Shown: piece after piece, positions 54,961 through 64,000 of the stretch
Numbering within the stretch: the first letter of the stretch is position 1
How the letters are laid out: the number at the start of each line of letters is the position of its first letter
DNA from: Candidatus Eiseniibacteriota bacterium
GTDB lineage: Bacteria > Eisenbacteria > RBG-16-71-46
NCBI GenBank assembly: GCA_963776245.1
Contig: CAVZLN010000006.1
Coordinates: 288,001 to 352,000 of the forward strand
DNA: 64,000 nt
Reading direction: 5' to 3'
The notes under the pieces: generated by a model
Seen by the model: only the letters and a program-made list of their open reading frames with translations
Told to the model about the DNA's origin: nothing
Database searches by the model: none
Translations under genes and position numbers: made by a program

Positions 54961-55889
54961 GCGGACGTCCTCCGGAACGCACGCAACCGCGCGCTCCTCG
55001 CGCGGGGATTGCGGCGCTCCTCTTCATGCGCCGGGGTCACCACCCGGCGCACGACCTCTTCCCACGGCCCCTCGGGGAGCCGCGCCTCTCGGGGTACCGG
55101 CAGGCGACGCGCGGGTGCCGTCCGTGGCGTCCCGCGCACCGCCTGCTTGATCCGGCGATCCTCGCCCGAGTGATAGGCGAGGGTCACGACCACGCCGCCC
55201 GGACGCATCGCGTCCGGAAGCCATCCCAACATCGCCTCCAGGTCCTCGGCCTCGCCGTTGACCCAGATGCGCAGCGCCTGGAACACCTGCGCGTAGCGCC
55301 GCGGGTGCTGGCGCCCGCCGAGGGCGCGGTCGATGCACGCGACCAGCGCGCGCGTCGTGCCGAGCTCGTCGATCCGCGCCGCCGCCACCAGCGCGCGGGC
55401 GAGCCGGCCCGCCTGGGGCACGTCGCCGTGCTCGCGCAACACCGCCGCCACCTCGTCCGCGTCCGTGCGGGCGAGATGGCGCATGGCCGATTCGCCCCGC
55501 GACGCATCCATGCGCAGGTCGAGCGGCCCGTCCTGTCCGAAAGCCATGCCACGTGCGGGGTCGTCGATCTGGCGCGACGACAGCCCGAGGTCGAGCAATG
55601 CGCCCGTGAAGGGCTCGCCCCCCGCGAGGTCGCGGTGCACCCCGGGCACCTCGCGGAAAGTGGCGTGGGCGGTGATCACGCGGTCTCCGAAGCGCGCCAG
55701 GCGCGCGCGCGCGAACGCGAGCGCCTCGAGATCGCGATCGCAGCCGAGCAGGCGCGCCGCGGGCTCGCGTTCGAGCAGTGCGTCCGCATGTCCCCCGTCG
55801 CCGAGCGTGGCGTCCAGGTAGAGGCCCGGCCCGTTGGCGAGGAAGCGCAGCGTCTCCGCGAGCAGGACCGGTTCATGACGCGCGCTCAC
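54957..55889 (-). CDS. rsmH: 16S rRNA m4C1402 methyltransferase
   Basis: HEPVL, DATLGDGGH, DLGLSS, PLDLRM, FQALRI, YHSGEDR, NPRARSARLR. Confidence 0.95.
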   Translation of the reverse strand: MSARHEPVLLAETLRFLANGPGLYLDATLGDGGHADALLEREPAARLLGCDRDLEALAFARARLARFGDRVITAHATFREVPGVHRDLAGGEPFTGALLDLGLSSRQIDDPARGMAFGQDGPLDLRMDASRGESAMRHLARTDADEVAAVLREHGDVPQAGRLARALVAAARIDELGTTRALVACIDRALGGRQHPRRYAQVFQALRIWVNGEAEDLEAMLGWLPDAMRPGGVVVTLAYHSGEDRRIKQAVRGTPRTAPARRLPVPREARLPEGPWEEVVRRVVTPAHEEERRNPRARSARLRAFRRTSA

Positions 55890-56328
55890 GGGGGGCCTCG
55901 ACGGCCAGGGTGTCGTCCAGCAGCTCGGCCGCCGACGGCCAGCAGCGCAGGCCCGACTCGCAACCGGCGAGGCGGAAGAGATCGCGCAGGTAGTGCGACA
56001 GGCCGCACACCACCACGCCGCCGGCGCGGCACTCGTAGCTCGAGAAGGCGCGCGCGAGCCCGGGCACCGCGCGATAGTCGATGTGGCGCAGCCGCGCGCA
56101 GTCGATGAGCAGCTGCCCGACACCGCGCAGCGCCAGGTCCTCGAACGCCTGTTCGAGCCGGCCCACCGCCACCGCGTCGAGCCAGCCCCCGAGCTGCACC
56201 AGCGCCACGCGGCCGCCGATGCGATCGTGCAGCTCCACGCGCGCGTGCGCGCCCGGACGGCCATAACTGAGCTGGAGGTTCACGGCGAGCGCGTGCTGCC
56301 CGGGGGTGAGCGGCGGGCGTGCGATCAC
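55873..56328 (-). CDS. STAS domain protein (anti-sigma-antagonist-like, IDYR variant)
   Basis: LGGWLD...LLIDCARLRHIDYRAV...VVCGLSHYLRDLFRLAG; overlaps both mraZ and rsmH. Confidence 0.8.
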   Translation of the reverse strand: MIARPPLTPGQHALAVNLQLSYGRPGAHARVELHDRIGGRVALVQLGGWLDAVAVGRLEQAFEDLALRGVGQLLIDCARLRHIDYRAVPGLARAFSSYECRAGGVVVCGLSHYLRDLFRLAGCESGLRCWPSAAELLDDTLAVEAPRERAS

Positions 56329-56777
56329 GACCGCGGCCCCCCGAAGTAGCGCTCGGCGCCCTTCACCATGTCGAGGTCGCTCGCCGGGTGCTTCTCGGCC
56401 CAGCGCGCGGGATCCCAGATCTCGATGCGGTCGCCCAGCGGCAGGAACTTGGCGTCCTTCACGAGCCCCGCGAGCTTGAGCAGGTGCGCGGGGATCACGA
56501 TGCGGCCCTGGGCGTCGGGCGTGAGCGGCCCGACGGTGCTCTCGTAGAAGGCGCGGGCGAACGCGCGGCCCTCGGTGTCGCCGTAGGGGATCGCGTTGAG
56601 CATCGCTTCGAAGCGCGCCCACTGTTCCGGCGTGTACATCACGATGCACCCTTCGAAGCCGCGCGTGAGCACCACGTCCATCGACTTGCGGCCGCTGGCG
56701 CGACGCAGGATGGCGGGCACGCTGACGCGGCCCTTGTGATCGATGGTGTAGGTCTCGCTGCCGTAGCGGTTGCTCAT
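56325..56777 (-). CDS. mraZ: Transcriptional regulator MraZ
   Basis: IDHKGRVSVP, DAQGRIVIP, RIEIWD. Confidence 0.95.
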   Translation of the reverse strand: MSNRYGSETYTIDHKGRVSVPAILRRASGRKSMDVVLTRGFEGCIVMYTPEQWARFEAMLNAIPYGDTEGRAFARAFYESTVGPLTPDAQGRIVIPAHLLKLAGLVKDAKFLPLGDRIEIWDPARWAEKHPASDLDMVKGAERYFGGPRS

Positions 56778-56808
56778 CGCTCGCTGTCTTCGAAGGGGTC
56801 AGGAACGT

Positions 56809-56844
56809 CTCCACGCATCACCACCACTCCCCACAATTCCCCAC
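56809..56844 (-). promoter_or_regulatory. MraZ binding repeats (4 x GTGG, 10-bp period)
   Basis: GTGGGGaattGTGGGGagtgGTGGTGatgcGTGGAG. Confidence 0.85.
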
Positions 56845-56853
56845 CGCCGGCGG

Positions 56854-56882
56854 AACATAGTCCCGGCCCTGCGCCCTGTCAA
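56854..56882 (-). promoter_or_regulatory. sigma70 promoter of the dcw cluster
   Basis: TTGACA-N17-TATGTT immediately upstream of the MraZ boxes. Confidence 0.8.
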
Positions 56883-56946
56883 AGCAAAACGCGGTCGGGG
56901 CGCGACGTTCTCACGCCGCGCCCCGACTGCACAGAAGTGCACTCCC

Positions 56947-58515
56947 TCAGCGCAGCGCTCGCAGCGAGTCGTAGGACTCCCAGTGGACCCGGTAGAGCGT
57001 GTACACGGTGCGACCCGGGCGCGCGATCCCGAGCGAGAGCGCTGCGGTGGAGCCGATCGGCTCGAGCGCCGCCGCGTACGGACTGCGGTCGAGCAGCTCG
57101 GCGGCGGTGGCGCCCCGCTCGAGCAGCCACTCGGGGCGCTCGAACGTGGCGAACGCGAGCGCGGCGACCGCGGCGTCGCGCGGATCCACGCCGTCGACCG
57201 AGACGCGCTCCAGCAGAGGCACCATCTGGGGCGTCACCAGTCCGCCGGTGTCGAGCACGCGCCGCTGGCTCAGGTAACCGATCACGCCGATGTCGGGCGT
57301 GGCGACCACCGCGTCCGCCGGCGTGTGGTCGCGGAGCCACGCCCCCCAGTGTCCGAGCGAGGTGCGCACGGTGCGCGTCATCTCGGTCACGTGCGGCACC
57401 ACCTTGACGCGGTAGACGGCGAGATTGAGTCCGAGCGAGAGCAGCGCGACGGCGGCGGCGAGCCGCGACGCGCGTCGTTGCCGTGGCGGGTCGGGGACGT
57501 CGCCCAGCCACCACAGCTCGGCGGTGCGCCACGCCAGCCACGCCAGCACCGGCATGAGCGGCAGCAGGTAGCGCGACAACACCGGCACGCCGCGCGCGAG
57601 GTAGAGCGCGGGCACCGCGGCGACCCACACCCATGGCAGCAGGCGCTGGGCACGCACCTGAGCGGGCCAGATCCGGCGCGCGCCGAACACCAGCGAGACC
57701 AGCAGCAGCGCGGCCATGACCCCGTCGGTCGCGCCCATGATCTGGAGCTGGCGCCACAGGTTCGCGAGCTGCACCTCGAACCCGCCGGTGCCCGCCGACT
57801 TGGCCGAGAGCGTCTGCGGCCAGAACGTGCCGAAATAGGCGCGCGCGAACACCAGCCAGCCGCCGTAGATCAGGACCGGCGGCAGCGAGCCGAACACCAG
57901 GCGCCGCAGCCCGGGGCGGCTGTCGGTGTCGATGATCAGGAAGAGTGCCCACAGGAAGAGCAGGAACACGGCCTCCGGCCTCGTCAGCGCCGCCAGCGCC
58001 CACAGCGCGCCGGTGCGCACCGGGCGCGAGCCCCACTGGCGGCCCTCGGTGAACGCCACGAACCCGGCCAGCACCAGCGCGACCGCGAGCGGCGTCTCCA
58101 TGCCCGACATCGACCAGCGCAGCATCCACGCGTGACCCGCCCACGCCACGGTCGCCGCGGCGCGCACCCCCGGCGAACGGAGCGTGCGACGCATGAGCTG
58201 CAGGAACAGCCCGATCGAGGCGAGGGTGGCCAGGAAGCCGATCGTCTTCGCGACCAGCAGCCCATCGAGGCCGATCGCGATGCCGTCGGCGATGAGCGCG
58301 ACCCACAGCGGGCTGGTGCAGCCGTAGACGCGCTCGCCGAGGTTGAACACCAGCCCCTGCCCGTGGGCAAGGTGGCGCGCGTACTGCAGGTGGATGTAGG
58401 TGTCGTCGGTGACGTAGTGGCGCAGCGGCCACATCAGCGCGGCGGCCAGCGCCACGCCGAGCAGGAGCCCGACGCGCTCGACGCGGGTGACCGGTCCGTT
58501 GAGCGTGAGGATCAC
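56947..58515 (-). CDS. GT-C-type membrane glycosyltransferase (AftB-like family)
   Basis: DDTYIHLQYARHLAHGQGLVFNLGERVYGCTSPLW, SGMET, TRPE, DIGVIGY...DTGGLVTP. Confidence 0.75.
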   Translation of the reverse strand: MILTLNGPVTRVERVGLLLGVALAAALMWPLRHYVTDDTYIHLQYARHLAHGQGLVFNLGERVYGCTSPLWVALIADGIAIGLDGLLVAKTIGFLATLASIGLFLQLMRRTLRSPGVRAAATVAWAGHAWMLRWSMSGMETPLAVALVLAGFVAFTEGRQWGSRPVRTGALWALAALTRPEAVFLLFLWALFLIIDTDSRPGLRRLVFGSLPPVLIYGGWLVFARAYFGTFWPQTLSAKSAGTGGFEVQLANLWRQLQIMGATDGVMAALLLVSLVFGARRIWPAQVRAQRLLPWVWVAAVPALYLARGVPVLSRYLLPLMPVLAWLAWRTAELWWLGDVPDPPRQRRASRLAAAVALLSLGLNLAVYRVKVVPHVTEMTRTVRTSLGHWGAWLRDHTPADAVVATPDIGVIGYLSQRRVLDTGGLVTPQMVPLLERVSVDGVDPRDAAVAALAFATFERPEWLLERGATAAELLDRSPYAAALEPIGSTAALSLGIARPGRTVYTLYRVHWESYDSLRALR

Positions 58516-59796
58516 GCGCGCTCCCGCTTCACCAGGCGGTCGAGGGTCTCGGCGAGCCGGCCCGCGAGCCGGTCCCGCCGGTATCCGTCGATCCACTCCG
58601 GTCGCGCGGGCGCGGGGCGCGCGCCCGCGGTCCACGCCGCATAGCCCGACTCCAGCCAGGCCGCCAGCGCGGCCCGGTCGCGCGGGGGCAGCACCACTCC
58701 GCCCGCGCGGCGCACCAGCTCGGCGGTCTCGTCTCCGGCCTCGAGCAACGCCACGATCGGCCGGGCCGGCATCGAGGTACTCGTAGGTCTTGCCCGGCAC
58801 CATGGTGGGCATGTCCGGCGGCTTCAGCAGCAGCAGCACGTCGGCGCCCCGCTGGAGCGCGCGCGTGTCCGCGTGCGAGAGCGGTCCGGTGAACTCCACG
58901 ATCCCCGCGAGGCCGAGCGCGAGCGCCTGTCCGGCGAGATCGGTGTCGTACGGTCCCGCGAGGCGCGCGCGCAGACGGCCGCGCGCCTCGGGCCGGCGCG
59001 CGAGCACGTCGCGCATCGCCCCGAGCACGGTCTCGATCTCCGGCTGCTGCGAGAGCGTGCCGGTGAAGACGAGGGTGAAGGTCTCCGGCGCCGGCCCGGG
59101 CCCGGGGCCCCGGTCGGCGGGCTCGAATCCGTTGGGCAGGTGCACCACCTCGCGCGGCGCGGCGCCGCTGCGCGCGCCGAGGCGGCGGGCGTGGGTGGCC
59201 GAAGCGGTCAGGACCACGTCGGCCGAGTCCAGCACCGCGCGCTCCATCGCGGCGTGCCGCTCGCGGTGCCAGGCGGTGGGCGGCTCGCGCAGGTAGAGCC
59301 CCACCCACGGATCGCGGAAGTCCGCCACCCACGGCAGGCCGGTGCGGCGATGGAGCGCGAGCCCGGCGAGGTGCGCGCTGTCGGGAGGCGAGGACGAGAT
59401 CACCGCGTCGATGCCCCCGCGCGCCACCCGGCGCAGCGCTGCGGCGCGCGCGCGCCCCGCCCAGCCGGCGTAGGAATCCGGCAGCAGGCACCAGTCGGCG
59501 AGCGCGCGCAGGCCACCGAAGGTGCGTCCCGAGCGCCGGCCCCGGTCACCGCCGCGCACGCGCAGCCAGGCCGACAGCGCGCTCCCCCCCGGCACCCGGA
59601 TCACCTCGGTCGCGGGCGGGACGCTGGCGGTCAGGCTGTCATCGGTCACCCAGTAGTCCTCCTCGCCCGCGCATACCACGGTGCAGTCCCATCCTCGCTC
59701 CGGCAGGTGGCGGGTGAACGAAAGCACCCGATGCACGCCGCCGCCCGCCAGCGGAGGATAGAAGTAGCACACCAGGAGCACCCGGCGCCCGCTCAC
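58512..59796 (-). CDS. GT4 glycosyltransferase (frameshift near 58765)
   Basis: YFYPPLAGGGVHR, WVADFRDPW, PNGF, PGKTYEY. Confidence 0.88.
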
Positions 59797-60863
59797 TCGG
59801 CCTCCACCAGAGCGCGCCCGGCGACGAGGGTCTCGAACAGCGATTCGATGCGCGCCAGGTTCACGTGCCAGTCCCCGCGTTCGGCCACCACGCGCGCGTT
59901 GCGCGTGCGCGCCGCCTCCGCCCAGTCCGGGTCGGCGAGCACCGCCTCGAGGGCGCGGGTCAGCGCGGCGGGATCGCCCACCGGGAAGCAGCGCGCTCCG
60001 TCGCCGTCGCCCACCCACTCGCGATTGCCCTCGAGATCGCTCACCACCGGAAGCGCGCCGGTGGCCATCGCCTCCAGCAGCGACAGCGACGTGGAGTCCG
60101 AACGCGACGCCGAAAGATACACCTCGGCGCGGCCCAGCCAGCCCGCCAGCTCGGCCGGGTCGATGCGGCCGAGGAAGGTGAAGCGACCCGGCGGCAGCGC
60201 GCGGGCGGCGGCGCGCTCGAGCGTCCCGCGCAGCGATCCGTCACCGGTCAGCACCAGCCGCGCGTGGGGATGTCGCGCCAGCACCGGCGCGACCCCGGCG
60301 AGGATCACCGGGATGTCGTACACCTCCTCGTGCATGCGGGTCGAGAGCAGCAGTCCGGGCTCCCGGCGCGCGGCCGGCACGAAGCGCGCGCGGTCGATGC
60401 CCCAGGGGATCGCGCGCACGAGCGCGGGCGGCGCGCCCAGCGCGCGCGCGGCGGAAGCGAGGTTCTCGGCGTCGGCCAGCACGAGGTCGGCGCGCCGCAG
60501 CACGAAGCGCGTGCGCGCGCGCTGGAGCACGTCGCGTCCGCCCGCCACCAGCAGATCCGAGCCCCACGCGCTGACCGCGAGCGGATGGCGCCCGGTGAGC
60601 GCGCCGAGCAGGCCGTAGTTGGGGACGTAGTGGGCGTCCACGAGCTGGGGCCGGAAGTCCGCGAGCGCGCGCCGCAGCGCCGGCAGCGCGAACGGATAGC
60701 GCAGCGCGCCCGGCAGCGGCACACTCGGCAGGCGCTGCGCCACCAGCCCCGGCGGCGGCGCTTCGAGCGAGAACAACCGCACCTCATGCCCGCGCGCCCG
60801 GAAGTGCTCCACCCAGCGCCGCGTGTGCACCACCGCGGCATTCGAGAGCGTCGCGATCCTCAT
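59793..60863 (-). CDS. GT4 glycosyltransferase
   Basis: HTRRW, SAWGSD, SDSTSLSLLEAMATG. Confidence 0.88.
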   Translation of the reverse strand: MRIATLSNAAVVHTRRWVEHFRARGHEVRLFSLEAPPPGLVAQRLPSVPLPGALRYPFALPALRRALADFRPQLVDAHYVPNYGLLGALTGRHPLAVSAWGSDLLVAGGRDVLQRARTRFVLRRADLVLADAENLASAARALGAPPALVRAIPWGIDRARFVPAARREPGLLLSTRMHEEVYDIPVILAGVAPVLARHPHARLVLTGDGSLRGTLERAAARALPPGRFTFLGRIDPAELAGWLGRAEVYLSASRSDSTSLSLLEAMATGALPVVSDLEGNREWVGDGDGARCFPVGDPAALTRALEAVLADPDWAEAARTRNARVVAERGDWHVNLARIESLFETLVAGRALVEAE

Positions 60864-61894
60864 GCGCGCTCCCCCGGCAGGCGCCCGCGCGCGCGGCGCT
60901 GCAGCCGCGCGGCGAGGCGGCCGGCGAGCGGCGCGTCGGCCGCGTCGAGCCAGCGCACCGGGTAGCGCAGCAGGCGCGCGCCGAGCGAGCGCTTGAACGC
61001 CGCGAGCGGGTCGAGCCCCGCGCTGCCTCCGAGGTTCACGCGCGCGCGGCCGTGGGCCGCCGCCCACTCCACCACCGACCACAGCAGCAGCCCCGAGGCA
61101 TGGCGATGGCGCGCGTCGGGATGGAGCCCGCTCCACCACGGGAGGATCTCGCGCGCGTGGTCGAGCGCGAGCAGCGCAGCCACCACGCCGCGGCCGTCGC
61201 GGAGCGTGAACACCCGGGCGACCGGCGCATCAGCCGGGCCCGCCGCCACCAGCCGGCGCGACAGTTCCAGCGGCAGCGGCCGATGCCCGCGCCAGCCGCG
61301 CCCCTGGGCCAGGTGCAGCGCGTACGCGGTCTCGAGCGCGGCCGGCTCCTCGGCGAACGCGAGGCCGGCCACGCGCGCGTGGCGCAGGTCCTGGCGCGCC
61401 TTGCGGTCCACGCGCGTCCAGGCCGCCTCCGCGCCGCCGCTGTCGAGCTCCACCAACGAGGCCTCGAGGGTGCGCGTCGTCCCTCCCACCCGGTCGAGCG
61501 TGGCCGGTTCGACCGGCGGCCCGACGGGCCGATAGAGCGACCAGCCGCCGCCCACCGCGCGCTGCGCGCGCTTGACCGCGGCGAGCGCGGACCCGCACGC
61601 CGCATCCACCGCCGCGTGCGCGCCCGGGCGTGCCAGCGGCGCTCCCGAGAGCGCCCACGGCAGCGCGTGGATCCACTGGAGCGAGCCGCGCCGTTCGATC
61701 AGCGCCGGCGCGCCACCTTCGAGCACGCCCTCGCGCTCGGCGGCCAGGAACACCGCGCGCATGCCGGGCACGGTGGCGGCGAAGGCGGCCCACACCTCGG
61801 GCCGGTGCGAGGGGCCCGCGGCGGGATCGTCACGGAGCAGCGCATCCCATCCGGCCGGCGCCGCGTCCAAGCACCGCGCGGTCAGCGGGCCCAT
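60860..61894 (-). CDS. GNAT/FemAB-like acyltransferase
   Basis: RKARQDLRHA, LLLWSVVEWA..G...NLGGS...LAAFKRSLGA. Confidence 0.8.
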   Translation of the reverse strand: MGPLTARCLDAAPAGWDALLRDDPAAGPSHRPEVWAAFAATVPGMRAVFLAAEREGVLEGGAPALIERRGSLQWIHALPWALSGAPLARPGAHAAVDAACGSALAAVKRAQRAVGGGWSLYRPVGPPVEPATLDRVGGTTRTLEASLVELDSGGAEAAWTRVDRKARQDLRHARVAGLAFAEEPAALETAYALHLAQGRGWRGHRPLPLELSRRLVAAGPADAPVARVFTLRDGRGVVAALLALDHAREILPWWSGLHPDARHRHASGLLLWSVVEWAAAHGRARVNLGGSAGLDPLAAFKRSLGARLLRYPVRWLDAADAPLAGRLAARLQRRARGRLPGERA

Positions 61895-61984
61895 GCGGCA
61901 CGCGCCCGGACCAGGCTCCGTGGGCCCGGACCGCTCGCCGGCCCCGCCGCGGCAGTCCCTTCGCGCTCGACCATCCCCGAGCGC

Positions 61985-64000
61985 CTAACGGAGCACCGCG
62001 ACGCGCGCGCTGGCCGTGCGACCGCCGGCTTCGACGCGCACGAAGTACAGGCCGGGCGGCACCAGCTCGCCGTGCTGGTCGCGGCCATCCCACGCCACCG
62101 CGCCATTGCCTTCGACCGCGATCGACTTCAGCCGGCGCCCGTCGAGGTCGTAGACCGCGCCGCGATAGGACATCCCTTCGCCGCTCAGGCGCAGCGCGAA
62201 TCCCAGGCCGGTGAGATGGATCGGATTGGGGAACACGCGCACGTGGAGCTGGGCGAGCCGCGGCGGGGGCGGGCTGACGTAGTCGGGGTCGAAGCGGTTG
62301 AGGCCGCCATCGGTGGCGATCCACACCGCGCCGCTCCCCGGTTCCGCCCGGATGCTGCGCGCGTTCTCGCTCACGAGCGGGGAGTTGTCGGAGGTGTAGT
62401 CGATGAAACCGTCCGTCCCGGCACCGGGCAGGAAGCGCCGCACACCGCCCTCGGCGGTGACCCACACCGATCCGTCCCGCGTCACCTCGAGGGGACGCAC
62501 GCCCGACACCGGCCCGAGCTTGGGGTAGACGACCGGTCGCGTATCGAGGGGGCTCCGGAACAACCGCAGGGCGTCGGCGCTGAGCACCCAGATGGAGTCG
62601 CCGTAGAGCGCGACGCCGCGGACGTCCATCCCGTCGCCCGTCCCCAGCGCGAGACTCTCGCCGAAGGCCAGCACGGTGTCGGGCGGGGTCGGGATGGTGA
62701 AGTAGTTCACCCCGCCGCCGGTGCTGTACTTGACCCCACCGACCCACATGCGCCCGCGCGCGTCGGGCACCAGCGCTCGGATCTGGTCGCTGATGAGCTC
62801 GGGGGTGTTCGCCCGCAGGTAGGTCCGCCGATAGAGCCCGTCGGCCGAGTAGTAGTCGAGCCCCCCCGGCGGGTTCGTGTCGATGCCCGGGGCGTCGCCG
62901 CCGATCCAGCGGCCGCCGTTCGCGTCCGGCGCCATCGCGATGCCCCAGGTATGGCGGTCCTCCGCAGTCGTGGTCCCGGTCCACAGGTGGGTGAAGTAAG
63001 GGGTGGGGCCGCTGTCGTCCAGCACCTCGACCGCCCAGCTCCAGGCGGAGACCCACTTGAAGCCCTGGTGGTCGATCATGATCGCGAAGTTGTCGGCGCC
63101 GGGCACGTACGGTCGGTCGGTGCACGACTCGCACGGGGGGAGCGGCATCCAATTGAGCCAGGCGCCGGCGCGCAGGCGGCCGATACCGCCGGCGTAGCCG
63201 TCGGTCCGGGTCGTGACGTACACGCTCGCCGCGTCGACCGCGAGATTGACCAGGTCGTTCCCGCACGGACCCGGGAAGATCCGTGGCGTCCAGGGATCGG
63301 GCGGCACCGGCTGCTGATAGAGCCCCAGGAACGAGCCCGCGAACAACTCCCCTGCCGGATCGACCGCGGCGGCGAGGACGAACTTGCCCTGACCGACGGT
63401 CTGCGACGCGGGGGCGCCGGGGACCTGCGCCCACGTGGTGGCGTTCCACCGGTAGAGCCCGATGTCGGTCGAGGCGAGGATGACACCGTGGTCCTGCGAG
63501 AGCCGCAGGACGGTGCCGATATCGCTGGTGGCCACCCAGGCCACCCCGTCCCAGCCATAGGTCAGGGCCCCGGCGAGCACCAGCACCGAGCTCCCGTCGC
63601 TCACCAGCGCGCTGATGGTGGTGCCCGGCAGAGTCGAGGAGGCCTGGTCCGTCCAGGTCTGAAGGCCGCTGGAGATGCGGCCGAGGAACACGCCTGACGG
63701 CGTGGCCACCCACACCGAGTCCCCGGTCTCCACCACTCCGGTGATGCGCGAGGTGCCGAACGGGGAGGGATTGGTGCCATCGGGGAGCACGCCCGAGACC
63801 TCGCGACCATCCCAGAACAGCAGGCCTCCGGTCGTCCCCACCCACACCGTGTCCCCGACCGCCGAGATCGAGGTCACGGTGTCGGTCGGGAGCCCGTCGA
63901 ACGCGTTCAGCACCCTCCAGCCACCGGTGTTCGACATCACCCCGACGCCCTTGCCGAGCGTGCCCACCCACAGCCGTCGCTTGCGGTCGACCGCGAGCGC
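61985..64000 (-). CDS. Beta-propeller protein with C-terminal FlgD-Ig-like domain (PorZ-like), 5' truncated
   Basis: Repeated xWVGTxxG blades, YTSDNSPL, VFPNP...YDLDGR...WDGRDQHG..VPPGLYFV. Confidence 0.75.
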   Translation of the reverse strand, partial: ALAVDRKRRLWVGTLGKGVGVMSNTGGWRVLNAFDGLPTDTVTSISAVGDTVWVGTTGGLLFWDGREVSGVLPDGTNPSPFGTSRITGVVETGDSVWVATPSGVFLGRISSGLQTWTDQASSTLPGTTISALVSDGSSVLVLAGALTYGWDGVAWVATSDIGTVLRLSQDHGVILASTDIGLYRWNATTWAQVPGAPASQTVGQGKFVLAAAVDPAGELFAGSFLGLYQQPVPPDPWTPRIFPGPCGNDLVNLAVDAASVYVTTRTDGYAGGIGRLRAGAWLNWMPLPPCESCTDRPYVPGADNFAIMIDHQGFKWVSAWSWAVEVLDDSGPTPYFTHLWTGTTTAEDRHTWGIAMAPDANGGRWIGGDAPGIDTNPPGGLDYYSADGLYRRTYLRANTPELISDQIRALVPDARGRMWVGGVKYSTGGGVNYFTIPTPPDTVLAFGESLALGTGDGMDVRGVALYGDSIWVLSADALRLFRSPLDTRPVVYPKLGPVSGVRPLEVTRDGSVWVTAEGGVRRFLPGAGTDGFIDYTSDNSPLVSENARSIRAEPGSGAVWIATDGGLNRFDPDYVSPPPPRLAQLHVRVFPNPIHLTGLGFALRLSGEGMSYRGAVYDLDGRRLKSIAVEGNGAVAWDGRDQHGELVPPGLYFVRVEAGGRTASARVAVLR

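Noticed and set aside
61500..63530. Further GCCGATA matches as sigma28 promoters
   Set aside because: They lie antisense inside coding genes with no downstream target, and I saw no matching TCAA at 16-nt spacing.

Overview
Very GC-rich bacterial chromosomal segment. FlgD-Ig C-terminal sorting-like domains, a PorZ-like propeller, Wzi and MglA suggest an FCB-related lineage such as Ca. Eisenbacteria (inference only). Many genes, including essential ones (valS, ftsZ, ftsA, murC, murF), carry single-base frameshifts typical of unpolished long-read assembly. Contents in order: glycosylation genes (wecB, GT-C), an HNH endonuclease, valS, wzi, an M13 peptidase, an epimerase/GT/BY-kinase-like trio, a signalling cluster, a membrane PP2C phosphatase, trpA, mglA, an acyltransferase-PimA-MFS operon, recG, rpmB, a TPR gene, the dcw cluster (with a STAS gene inserted), and a GT/GNAT/PorZ-like operon. 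Two things stand out. (1) A flagellar-type regulatory circuit with no flagellar structural genes in the window: csrA, flgM-like, sensor kinase plus sigma54 activator, a sigma54 promoter, flhG, fliA, and several truncated or degenerate modules. Three matching sigma28 promoters point to csrA-flgM, to mglA, and to a GGA-rich RNA/18-aa peptide. A canonical CsrA site lies in front of the polysaccharide-type genes. (2) An in-frame array of four palindromes at an exact 36-bp period, with unique 16-bp spacers and compensatory substitutions, inside the HNH endonuclease gene.
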